Assembly: GCA_043228905.1 (NCBI GenBank) | Contig: JBHGNT010000012.1 | Coordinates: 9,052,001 to 9,116,000, forward strand | DNA length: 64,000 nucleotides | Direction of reading: 5' to 3' | Origin: Azolla caroliniana | Taxonomy: Eukaryota > Plantae > Polypodiophyta | In this document: piece after piece, positions 1 through 12,000 of the stretch | Layout of the letters: the number at the start of each line of letters is the position of its first letter | Position numbering within the stretch: position 1 is the first letter of the stretch | Made by a program: the position numbers and the translations under genes | The notes under the pieces: generated by a model | Told to the model about the DNA's origin: nothing | What the model saw: the letters and a program-made list of their open reading frames with translations, nothing else | Databases searched by the model: none

Positions 1-102
1 TCCAATCCAAACCAAACCATTAAAAAATTTTGGAACCAATAAACCATTAAACCATGGTTTAAGAGTTTAGTTCGGTTTGAGCCGAAACCGTGCCCATTGC
101 TA
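1..102. mobile_element. Possible terminus of a MITE/non-autonomous DNA transposon (AAACC/GGTTT-rich subterminal motifs)
   Basis: Repeated aaacca/aaaccg and ggttt motifs ending ...gccgaaaccgtgcccattgcta; the other end is outside the window. Confidence 0.3.
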
Positions 103-1173
103 ATATTAGTTATTACGGGATTTTGTATATCGAACATTGTCCTTTTCGGGGAAAGGATCTTGGTGGCCGTCGTCACATTTTTGTGAGAATGGCATAGTCA
201 CCATCCTTTTTTCAACAATTTTTTTTGTTGTCATCCCCGTTGGCCACTTCGATTTCGCTACACGTTATAATGAAACAATCATAGCCACAATGATGTTGAG
301 AGCGTAGGGCTTGACCCACTTAATGTGAGGTCGCTCCTATGCCACACGCATCCAAAATCCCTCCCTCATTACATGGATACGATACCACCATGAGATCATC
401 ATTACGGAAGGCATTCATAATGGCATAACCATGTGATGGGCCATGTGGGCCTACTATGAAAAGAGGACTCATTTGGCTCTATCATTAGGTTGCACTTTGG
501 TGTATGCCATCGTAATTATAAGACTTGAGGTTAGGTAACGTACCAACATAGTTTTGTAGGAAACGAGGGGGAAATAAGGACTCTCGACATATATGTATTC
601 TTTAAAAAACATATATGGGCAAATGCCTTTACATATCTCTTATACGCATAAATATTGAACATTCAAAATTAGCAAATTGATTGGTTAGCTCAAACGTTTA
701 ATGCATTTGTTCTTGAGGTCTCGAGTTCAAATATGACCAAGACCATACCACATTGTTATATGACTATAACATATGTTTAGACTTTAGGTCTAATTGCACC
801 TGGGGTCCTCATAATAGGACTTAAAGAGCCGAAACCACATATGTGGGCATAGAGACATAGTTTATTGTTAACATTTGTTCGTGCTTAAACTATTCATGAC
901 GCAAATAGTAATGGTTGAGCGTCGAGGAGCCGCCCTGAAATAATCGATATAGAGATCAGGGAAAGACATTCACTTGTCACCCCCATGGTTTTTAAAACAC
1001 CTTTGTGTTACCATAGTAACATGATCTTGAACCTCACCTCATACGTCTAGAGGGGTATTGACGTGAGATCATGATATCGATTAATGTTTGCCCATGATAT
1101 GTTTACATCACGACATAATGTTATGACTATTTGTCTGATCTTATCCTATTTCTTTGCCAAAAATTATCATTCA

Positions 1174-1994
1174 ATGGCTCATAATAACGACATGATGGCA
1201 TCCGCACAAGCGGAAAAAAATCAAGGAAATCCTCCTGGACCAATCCCCATTGAGTCGTATTTTTTACAAATACAAAATTTCCTTAATTCAACCTTGCATC
1301 AAATGAATGAACTTCGGGAATCTCATAGTGCTCTTGAGGCACGTGCCATTAGTTTAAAACGTGATACTAATAGACCCGATGAGCGTCAAGGTGAACCACC
1401 ATTTGTCGTAAAGCCATTTATGGGAGAAAAAAAAGAAAGAACCGAAGAAGCAATCTACACGTGGCTAGGCCGATGGGAGTCTCATTTTGAGCTCTATCCC
1501 AAGCCAGATAGTACGAAGATTGCATATGTTGGTCGCGAACTAGGGGGTAAGGTCGTCGCCTGGCGTGGGCTCCACACTACGGGGAAATTACCCGATACCT
1601 GGGCAAACTTTGGGATCGCGATTGTAAGTGATAACATCCTTTTTGTGTATTCTACAAAAAGAAGGGTCATACAAAAGAGCAATGTCGAAAGCTCCAACGG
1701 AAAGAGCACGATAGCAAAACAAAAGCTGCAAACCATAAAGGTCAGATTCCTAATGTCCTTCAGGTCTACACACATCATTTAAGTAATTGTAAATGTTCTT
1801 TCCCGCGGCGATTGTAAGCGACAACATCCTTTTTGCGTATTCTACAAAAAGAAGGGTCATACAAAAGAGCAATGTCGAAAGCTCCAACAGAAAGAGCACG
1901 ACAGCAAAACAAAAGTTGCAAACCATAAAGGTCTGATTCCTAATGTCCTTCAGGTCTACACACATCATTTAAGTAATTGTAAATGTTCTTTCCC
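1174..1994 (+). pseudogene. gag of the chromovirus, frameshifted, with duplicated degenerate zinc knuckle
   Basis: AIYTWLGRWESHF...KIAYVGREL capsid-like segment; the alternate frame gives FCVFYKKKGHTKEQC (CCHC with C>Y) twice. Confidence 0.75.
1618..1994 (+). repeat. 190-bp tandem duplication covering the gag zinc knuckle
   Basis: gcgattgtaag...ttctttccc at 1618-1804 and 1808-1994, a few mismatches. Confidence 0.95.
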
Positions 1995-2004
1995 TCACTA
2001 TGTA

Positions 2005-5000
2005 TTGGGACCCGATGATTTACTTCGTGCAAACGGGTATATCAATGAATCTCCTATACAATTTTTATTTGATTTGGGAAGCTCACATAACTTTGTGAAT
2101 GATCGTTTGGTTCAGATATGGGGAATTCAACCCATCATAAGTTATCACAACTATAAGGTGCACTTGGCTTATGGAAGAGTAAAATACATCAACAGGGCAA
2201 TTCATTCATTAGGAATTTCTATTGATACTTATATAGAGGAAGTAGACTTCCATGTAATGAAGCTTTGTACCACTGATGTAATATTGGGTTATCCCTGGTT
2301 TTTTAATAAAAACTCTTCTTTATCTATTGATTGGGTTCACCATTCCATTACCTTTGTATTGAACGATTGTACTCGTTTTATTCAAAGTGTAAATAAACAA
2401 TCTCTTTCCATTGTTTTCTCTCCATCAATATCTGAGTTGTCTTGTTCTTCTTTATTTTATTATGTACTTGATCCGAACATTCACATCTATAATATCGATA
2501 ATGTCTCGGGTCAATTATCATATTTTGAACAACAATAACTCGATGAAATCTTTAATGATTTTCGCGATGTTTTTCCGAGTGAACTACCACATGGGTTACC
2601 TCCTAGACGTAAAATAGATCATCATATAGATATTGTACCTGGTGTTGCTCCATTAAGTGTACCTCCTTATCATTTAAGTCGATCCGAAGAGGATGAGGTA
2701 TCTAAGCAACTCAACGACTATTTACGAATGGATTCTATACGTTATAGTAAATCTCCATGGGGTGTGCCCGTTCTCTTGGTAAAAAAGAAAGAGGGCACAT
2801 GGCATATATGTGTATTAATTACCGACGCTTGAATAAAGTGACAATCAAGAATTCATATCCATTGCCCCGGGCTGACGATCTAATTGATCGTCTCTAGGGA
2901 GCTCGGTATTTTACGAAACTTGATCTCAGTACAGGCTACCACTAAATTCATATAAGTGAGGAAGATATTCGTAAAACGGCATTTCGTACGCACTATGGCC
3001 ATTATGAGTTTTTGGTTATGGCTTTCGGTTTGACCAATGCTTCGGCCACATGTCAACAAGAAATAACTAACATTTTCCGAGAACAACTTGGAAATTTTGT
3101 CGTTATTTTCTTGGATGATATTCTAGTTTATAGTCATACATTAGAAGAACATACCAAACATGTTCGCTTCGTTTTACAAACATTGCGCGACAAACAGTTT
3201 TACGCGAAGATCTCAAAATGCGAGTTCTTCAAGAAATCAATTACTTATCTTGGACATCTCATAACCGAACGAGGAGTTGAAATTGATTTTTCTCGCATCA
3301 AGAAAGTCAAACTTTGGCCCACTCTTCGGAATATTTGAGAAGTTCGATCATTCCTTGGTTTTGTCAGGTTTTTGCAAAATCTCTTCGTAATTACTCCCAA
3401 TTGACGACACCGTTTACTGATCTTCTCAATGGTCAAACATGTAAGTCTAAAAAACCTATTCTGTGGAATGTTGCCCTAGACCTCGCCTTTAAGGAACTCA
3501 AGGACCTGGTGTGTCAGGCTCCTTCGCTTCTTTTACTTGATCCTTCAAAAACTTTTCCGATTGAAACCGACGCAAGTGATTATGCTATAGGTGTCGTCCT
3601 ATATCAAGATGGTAAACTAATAGCATTTGAGAGTAAGAAACTTGATTTTGCTCAATCTTGGTATACCGTTGTCGCATGGCGCGTGACACACGTGCCAAAC
3701 GTCGAGATGTGCGTGTCACAAGCCCGGACAAGCACCGAGCCTCTATCCGCTAGTGGTTATGGATGATGGATGATGGGCGGCTGAAGTGATGCACTAATGT
3801 CGTTAGAGTGAGAGAGAGAGAAAAATAATAATAATAAATTGAGGAGGTTTTTAAGATAGATAGATAGATAAACACATATCACCAATAAGATAACTAAGTT
3901 TTCTTATTATTAATTTTCGATTTGATACATAGATTGTTTGATTCATCCATTGATTGATCCCCCCCCATTACACAAGCCTTACAAGGGTTTTTATAGGTTT
4001 ATCTATCCTTCTAACATGCACAAAACCATGGGCTTGAACCCATGGTTTTCAGGCACACGGTTTTCCTTGTGGCATGCACAAAACCATAGGCTAAAACCAT
4101 GGTTTTGTGTACACGGTTTTGTATGTTTTTTTTAAATTTAAAGCACTTAGTAGTAGGTTTAGTGGTAAGATAATTGCTTCTTATCTTAGAAGTGCAAGGT
4201 TCAAATCTTGCTTGCACCCTTCTATATGCACTTGAATGTCATCAGACCCTAGGCTAATTTTCATATTTATAATGTGTGTGTAGACACACTATTTCACAAT
4301 TTCTCCCATTGGACATAGAACATCACGACACCGTGCAAGAAAAGGAATTATTTGTAGTTATTCATGCGCTCAAGACATGGCGCCATTATCTTTATGGAAA
4401 TCAATTTATGGTAACTACAGCCCACGAGTCCTTCAAATATTTTTGTGACCAACAAGACCTTAACAGTCTCAAGCCACGATGGGAAGATCTCATCTAGGAA
4501 TTTGATTTTTCCATACAATATTGTAAAGGTTCCATGAACACTGTTGTTGATGCACTAAGTCCCATTCGTGAAGTTAACATGCTTAGCTTCACTGAAATAA
4601 CATCAAATCTTTAATAATGATCACCTTTGAGGAAAGTATCCTGATGATAGTTATTTTGCGAAATATTGGGCAAGAGTTGAGTCTGGAACAGACACCACCA
4701 CATCCTCGAGGGAATACTTCCACATTGTTAACGGTATGCTCTACCTTAATGGGAAGGTTTGTGTTCCAGATTTGCTTCAAGTCAAAAAGAGAATTCTTTT
4801 TTAATGCCATGATGCACCCTCAGCAGGGCACCCTAGAATACATCGTACACTAATTCTCATCCCCACTCAATTCTATCGGCCTAAGATGTGTCCGGACATA
4901 CATAGTTATGTGACTAAATGTCACCAGTATCAGGTTAATAAAGCCGAGCGACTTAAAGCCGTAGGACTTTTACATCCCTTGGACATTCCTAATAATAAGT

Positions 5001-6075
5001 GGGAAAGTATATCCATGGATTTTATTGTTAGCCTTCCTCGCACCCAAAAAGTTCATGATGTCATCTGGGTTGTGGTTGATAGACTAACTAAAATGGCTAG
5101 GTTCATTGCGACAAAAACCACGGTAACAGCTCTTGAATTGGCTTACCAATTCGTTGACGAGTTATTTCATTTTTATGGGTTACCGATGGATATCGCGAGT
5201 GATCGAGATCCAAAGTTTACTAGCGACTTTTGGACGCAAGTCTTTAAGAAGTTAGAAACTACATTGAGCATGAGCTCCACAGATCATCCTCAATCCGATG
5301 GACAAACAGAACGAGTAAATCAAATTATTGAGGACATGCTCCGTGCATATGCTGGTACAAAACCAACAAAATGGGAACGTTATCTCCCAATTTTGGAGTT
5401 TGCTTATAACAACTTCAAACATAGATCGACGGGATATAGTCCTTTTATGCTGATGTATGGTTTTCAGCCACGAGCCCCGATTGATGTTAATATACATCAT
5501 GATGAGTTGCGAAGTATGCAAAACTTTCTCATCAAGATATGTTGCATATTGCACGAGATAATAGAAAAACATCTCTAGATAGAGCGTGTTTTATATGCCG
5601 ATCATAATGGGCAACCTCGTGTAGTCAACCCTAGATGGAAGGTATTTTTACGTATACCTCACAATTCTAAGACATTGTCTACAGGTAAGTGCACTAAGTT
5701 GGCCCCACGGTTTTGTGGACCTTTTACAATCCTCAAACACATTGGTTCATCAACCTATCATCTCGCTCTTCCTTATGGCGCTAAAATCCATCTAGTTTTT
5801 CATGTAAGTCGGCTAAAAGAACTTCTTGGTTTTTGTAACAATACAGTGACAATTGAAACTCTAGTTACTTCTGAAGAAGTATCTTCTAAACCACATGTAT
5901 CAGAAAGAATTCTCAATGTTAAAACAAAAAATTTGTGTCCTAAAATAATGCGAGAATTTAAAATTAAATGGATGGATAAGTCTATAAAAGATGTCACATG
6001 GGAACACGAAAATACTCTTAGAAATCACTTCCCTAACTTTCCATTGCAAGAGTGCAATGTTTTAAGAGGGGAAGA
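2005..6075 (+). pseudogene. pol (PR-RT-RNase H-INT-CHD), disrupted
   Basis: Domain motifs in Ty3/gypsy order across ORFs 2005, 3012, 3314, 4276, 4886 and 5675. Confidence 0.9.
3670..4330. mobile_element. 661-bp non-coding insertion with TGTCG...CGACA ends and 4-bp CCGT target duplication
   Basis: CCGT at 3666-3669 and 4331-4334; removing the insert plus one CCGT restores RNase H WYTVQEKEL. Confidence 0.88.
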
Positions 6076-9000
6076 CTATTACAGGCATGACCATATAATA
6101 TCACATGGTGAGAATGTAACGTAGTATTCTATACACGTGGATAAAGTGTGAGGGTTAAACGAGAGTGTGAAGAAGGGGAGGATTACTTTTAATACTCAGG
6201 ATTGAGATAACCCATTAGGCCAAGTGTGAACTTGCCTGGGGGACTTGGTTTGGCTATAAATATGAGGCCTAGCCACCCTCATTTCATGATCTCTTGACTA
6301 CGTCAAGACTCTGTTCTTGTGGTGGGTCAACTCTTGTAGCAAGTGCGCCAGCACCAGGTACGACTCGACGCCATGGCGGTGGTATGGGATGCCAATCGAG
6401 GCTCGAGTCCGTCTCGATCCCTTTGCTTGGGGGTGGTCGGGTGGATCGGCACCCTTCTTTCTCTCTCTCCTTTCTTATAATCTATCTTTGTTATGCATAT
6501 CATATGCTTACTTTAGATTTAAGCTCTAACATCGAATGATGTTTTTCAAGATTTTCTCGATATCTTCATTATAATTTACTTGGATGAGATTTTGATCTAC
6601 TCGAAGACCCAAGACGAGCATGATACACATGTTTGTCAGGTACTACGTCGCCTACGAGAATATGGTCTCTACGCAAAATTAGAGAAGTGCAATTTCGGTC
6701 AAAATCAAGTGGAATTTTTGGGGTATGTTGTATCATCAGATGGTATCTCTATGGACCCCACAAAGATTCAAACAATTAGCAGACGCCCCTTTCAATGCGT
6801 GATGTGCAGTGTTTTCTCAGGTTTGCAAATTTTTACCGTAAATTTATTAAAAATTATTTTAACGTCAGGCTTCCGCTCTAGATAGAAAAACATCTCTAGA
6901 TAGAGCGTGTTTTATATGCCGATCATAATGGGCAACCTCGTGTAGTCAACCCTAGATGGAAGGTATTTTTACGTATACCTCACAATTCTAAGACATTGTC
7001 TACAGGTAAGTGCACTAAGTTGGCCCCACGGTTTTGTGGACCTTTTACAATCCTCAAACACATTGGTTCATCAACCTATCATCTCGCTCTTCCTTATGGC
7101 GCTAAAATCCATCTAGTTTTTCATGTAAGTCGGCTAAAAGAACTTCTTGGTTTTTGTAACAATACAGTGACAATTGAAACTCTAGTTACTTCTGAAGAAG
7201 TATCTTCTAAACCACATGTATCAGAAAGAATTCTCAATGTTAAAACAAAAAATTTGTGTCCTAAAATAATGCGAGAATTTAAAATTAAATGGATGGATAA
7301 GTCTATAAAAGATGTCACATGGGAACACGAAAATACTCTTAGAAATCACTTCCCTAACTTTCCATTGCAAGAGTGCAATGTTTTAAGAGGGGAAGACTAT
7401 TACAGGCATGACCATATAATATCACATGGTGAGAATGTAACGTAGTATTCTATACACGTGGATAAAGTGTGAGGGTTAAACGAGAGTGTGAAGAAGGGGA
7501 GGATTACTTTTAATACTCAGGATTGAGATAACCCATTAGGCCAAGTGTGAACTTGCCTGGGGGACTTGGTTTGGCTATAAATATGAGGCCTAGCCACCCT
7601 CATTTCATGATCTCTTGACTACGTCAAGACTCTGTTCTTGTGGTGGGTCAACTCTTGTAGCAAGTGCGCCAGCACCAGGTACGACTCGACGCCATGGCGG
7701 TGGTATGGGATGCCAATCGAGGCTCGAGTCCGTCTCGATCCCTTTGCTTGGGGGTGGTCGGGTGGATCGGCACCCTTCTTTCTCTCTCTCCTTTCTTATA
7801 ATCTATCTTTGTTATGCATATCATATGCTTACTTTAGATTTAAGCTCTAACATCGAATGATGTTTTTCAAGATTTTCTCGATATCTTCATTATAATTTAC
7901 TTGGATGAGATTTTGATCTACTCGAAGACCCAAGACGAGCATGATACACATGTTTGTCAGGTACTACGTCGCCTACGAGAATATGGTCTCTACGCAAAAT
8001 TAGAGAAGTGCAATTTCGGTCAAAATCAAGTGGAATTTTTGGGGTATGTTGTATCATCAGATGGTATCTCTATGGACCCCACAAAGATTCAAACAATTAG
8101 CAGACGCCCCTTTCAATGCGTGATGTGCAGTGTTTTCTCAGGTTTGCAAATTTTTACCGTAAATTTATTAAAAATTATTTTAACGTCAGGCTTCCGCTCT
8201 AGATAGAAAAACATCTCTAGATAGAGCGTGTTTTATATGCCGATCATAATGGGCAACCTCGTGTAGTCAACCCTAGATGGAAGGTATTTTTACGTATACC
8301 TCACAATTCTAAGACATTGTCTACAGGTAAGTGCACTAAGTTGGCCCCACGGTTTTGTGGACCTTTTACAATCCTCAAACACATTGGTTCATCAACCTAT
8401 CATCTCGCTCTTCCTTATGGCGCTAAAATCCATCTAGTTTTTCATGTAAGTCGGCTAAAAGAACTTCTTGGTTTTTGTAACAATACAGTGACAATTGAAA
8501 CTCTAGTTACTTCTGAAGAAGTATCTTCTAAACCACATGTATCAGAAAGAATTCTCAATGTTAAAACAAAAAATTTGTGTCCTAAAATAATGCGAGAATT
8601 TAAAATTAAATGGATGGATAAGTCTATAAAAGATGTCACATGGGAACACGAAAATACTCTTAGAAATCACTTCCCTAACTTTCCATTGCAAGAGTGCAAT
8701 GTTTTAAGAGGGGAAGACTATTACAGGCATGACCATATAATATCACATGGTGAGAATGTAACGTAGTATTCTATACACGTGGATAAAGTGTGAGGGTTAA
8801 ACGAGAGTGTGAAGAAGGGGAGGATTACTTTTAATACTCAGGATTGAGATAACCCATTAGGCCAAGTGTGAACTTGCCTGGGGGACTTGGTTTGGCTATA
8901 AATATGAGGCCTAGCCACCCTCATTTCATGATCTCTTGACTACGTCAAGACTCTGTTCTTGTGGTGGGTCAACTCTTGTAGCAAGTGCGCCAGCACCAGG

Positions 9001-12000
9001 TACGACTCGACGCCATGGCGGTGGTATGGGATGCCAATCGAGGCTCGAGTCCGTCTCGATCCCTTTGCTTGGGGGTGGTCGGGTGGATCGGCACCCTTCT
9101 TTCTCTCTCTCCTTTCTTATAATCTATCTTTGTTATGCATATCATATGCTTACTTTAGATTTAAGCTCTAACATCGAATGATGTTTTTCAAGATTTTCTC
9201 GATATCTTCATTATAATTTACTTGGATGAGATTTTGATCTACTCGAAGACCCAAGACGAGCATGATACACATGTTTGTCAGGTACTACGTCGCCTACGAG
9301 AATATGGTCTCTACGCAAAATTAGAGAAGTGCAATTTCGGTCAAAATCAAGTGGAATTTTTGGGGTATGTTGTATCATCAGATGGTATCTCTATGGACCC
9401 CACAAAGATTCAAACAATTAGCAGACGCCCCTTTCAATGCGTGATGTGCAGTGTTTTCTCAGGTTTGCAAATTTTTACCGTAAATTTATTAAAAATTATT
9501 TTAACGTCAGGCTTCCGCTCTAGATAGAAAAACATCTCTAGATAGAGCGTGTTTTATATGCCGATCATAATGGGCAACCTCGTGTAGTCAACCCTAGATG
9601 GAAGGTATTTTTACGTATACCTCACAATTCTAAGACATTGTCTACAGGTAAGTGCACTAAGTTGGCCCCACGGTTTTGTGGACCTTTTACAATCCTCAAA
9701 CACATTGGTTCATCAACCTATCATCTCGCTCTTCCTTATGGCGCTAAAATCCATCTAGTTTTTCATGTAAGTCGGCTAAAAGAACTTCTTGGTTTTTGTA
9801 ACAATACAGTGACAATTGAAACTCTAGTTACTTCTGAAGAAGTATCTTCTAAACCACATGTATCAGAAAGAATTCTCAATGTTAAAACAAAAAATTTGTG
9901 TCCTAAAATAATGCGAGAATTTAAAATTAAATGGATGGATAAGTCTATAAAAGATGTCACATGGGAACACGAAAATACTCTTAGAAATCACTTCCCTAAC
10001 TTTCCATTGCAAGAGTGCAATGTTTTAAGAGGGGAAGACTATTACAGGCATGACCATATAATATCACATGGTGAGAATGTAACGTAGTATTCTATACACG
10101 TGGATAAAGTGTGAGGGTTAAACGAGAGTGTGAAGAAGGGGAGGATTACTTTTAATACTCAGGATTGAGATAACCCATTAGGCCAAGTGTGAACTTGCCT
10201 GGGGGACTTGGTTTGGCTATAAATATGAGGCCTAGCCACCCTCATTTCATGATCTCTTGACTACGTCAAGACTCTGTTCTTGTGGTGGGTCAACTCTTGT
10301 AGCAAGTGCGCCAGCACCAGGTACGACTCGACGCCATGGCGGTGGTATGGGATGCCAATCGAGGCTCGAGTCCGTCTCGATCCCTTTGCTTGGGGGTGGT
10401 CGGGTGGATCGGCACCCTTCTTTCTCTCTCTCCTTTCTTATAATCTATCTTTGTTATGCATATCATATGCTTACTTTAGATTTAAGCTCTAACATCGAAT
10501 GATGTTTTTCAAGATTTTCTCGATATCTTCATTATAATTTACTTGGATGAGATTTTGATCTACTCGAAGACCCAAGACGAGCATGATACACATGTTTGTC
10601 AGGTACTACGTCGCCTACGAGAATATGGTCTCTACGCAAAATTAGAGAAGTGCAATTTCGGTCAAAATCAAGTGGAATTTTTGGGGTATGTTGTATCATC
10701 AGATGGTATCTCTATGGACCCCACAAAGATTCAAACAATTAGCAGACGCCCCTTTCAATGCGTGATGTGCAGTGTTTTCTCAGGTTTGCAAATTTTTACC
10801 GTAAATTTATTAAAAATTATTTTAACGTCAGGCTTCCGCTCTAGATAGAAAAACATCTCTAGATAGAGCGTGTTTTATATGCCGATCATAATGGGCAACC
10901 TCGTGTAGTCAACCCTAGATGGAAGGTATTTTTACGTATACCTCACAATTCTAAGACATTGTCTACAGGTAAGTGCACTAAGTTGGCCCCACGGTTTTGT
11001 GGACCTTTTACAATCCTCAAACACATTGGTTCATCAACCTATCATCTCGCTCTTCCTTATGGCGCTAAAATCCATCTAGTTTTTCATGTAAGTCGGCTAA
11101 AAGAACTTCTTGGTTTTTGTAACAATACAGTGACAATTGAAACTCTAGTTACTTCTGAAGAAGTATCTTCTAAACCACATGTATCAGAAAGAATTCTCAA
11201 TGTTAAAACAAAAAATTTGTGTCCTAAAATAATGCGAGAATTTAAAATTAAATGGATGGATAAGTCTATAAAAGATGTCACATGGGAACACGAAAATACT
11301 CTTAGAAATCACTTCCCTAACTTTCCATTGCAAGAGTGCAATGTTTTAAGAGGGGAAGACTATTACAGGCATGACCATATAATATCACATGGTGAGAATG
11401 TAACGTAGTATTCTATACACGTGGATAAAGTGTGAGGGTTAAACGAGAGTGTGAAGAAGGGGAGGATTACTTTTAATACTCAGGATTGAGATAACCCATT
11501 AGGCCAAGTGTGAACTTGCCTGGGGGACTTGGTTTGGCTATAAATATGAGGCCTAGCCACCCTCATTTCATGATCTCTTGACTACGTCAAGACTCTGTTC
11601 TTGTGGTGGGTCAACTCTTGTAGCAAGTGCGCCAGCACCAGGTACGACTCGACGCCATGGCGGTGGTATGGGATGCCAATCGAGGCTCGAGTCCGTCTCG
11701 ATCCCTTTGCTTGGGGGTGGTCGGGTGGATCGGCACCCTTCTTTCTCTCTCTCCTTTCTTATAATCTATCTTTGTTATGCATATCATATGCTTACTTTAG
11801 ATTTAAGCTCTAACATCGAATGATGTTTTTCAAGATTTTCTCGATATCTTCATTATAATTTACTTGGATGAGATTTTGATCTACTCGAAGACCCAAGACG
11901 AGCATGATACACATGTTTGTCAGGTACTACGTCGCCTACGAGAATATGGTCTCTACGCAAAATTAGAGAAGTGCAATTTCGGTCAAAATCAAGTGGAATT

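Larger units (their letters stand above)
1174..6531 (+). mobile_element. Decayed Ty3/gypsy chromovirus (gag-PR-RT-RH-INT-chromodomain, PPT, 3' LTR); 5' LTR not seen in window
   Basis: Gag-like ORF from 1174; protease FLFDLGSSHNF (2005-2538); RT VVIFLDDILVYS (3012-3338); RNase H IETDASDYAIG; integrase KWESISMDF...SDRDPKF...DGQTERVNQ (4886-5578); GPF motif and chromodomain-like ERIL...IKW...TWE (5675-6124); PPT aagaggggaag then LTR. Many stops and frameshifts. Confidence 0.93.

Noticed and set aside
681-740. Functional tRNA gene (also 4152, 18260, 42410, 43722, 48741)
   Set aside because: No complete cloverleaf or clear anticodon arm; reported only as tRNA-like motifs.
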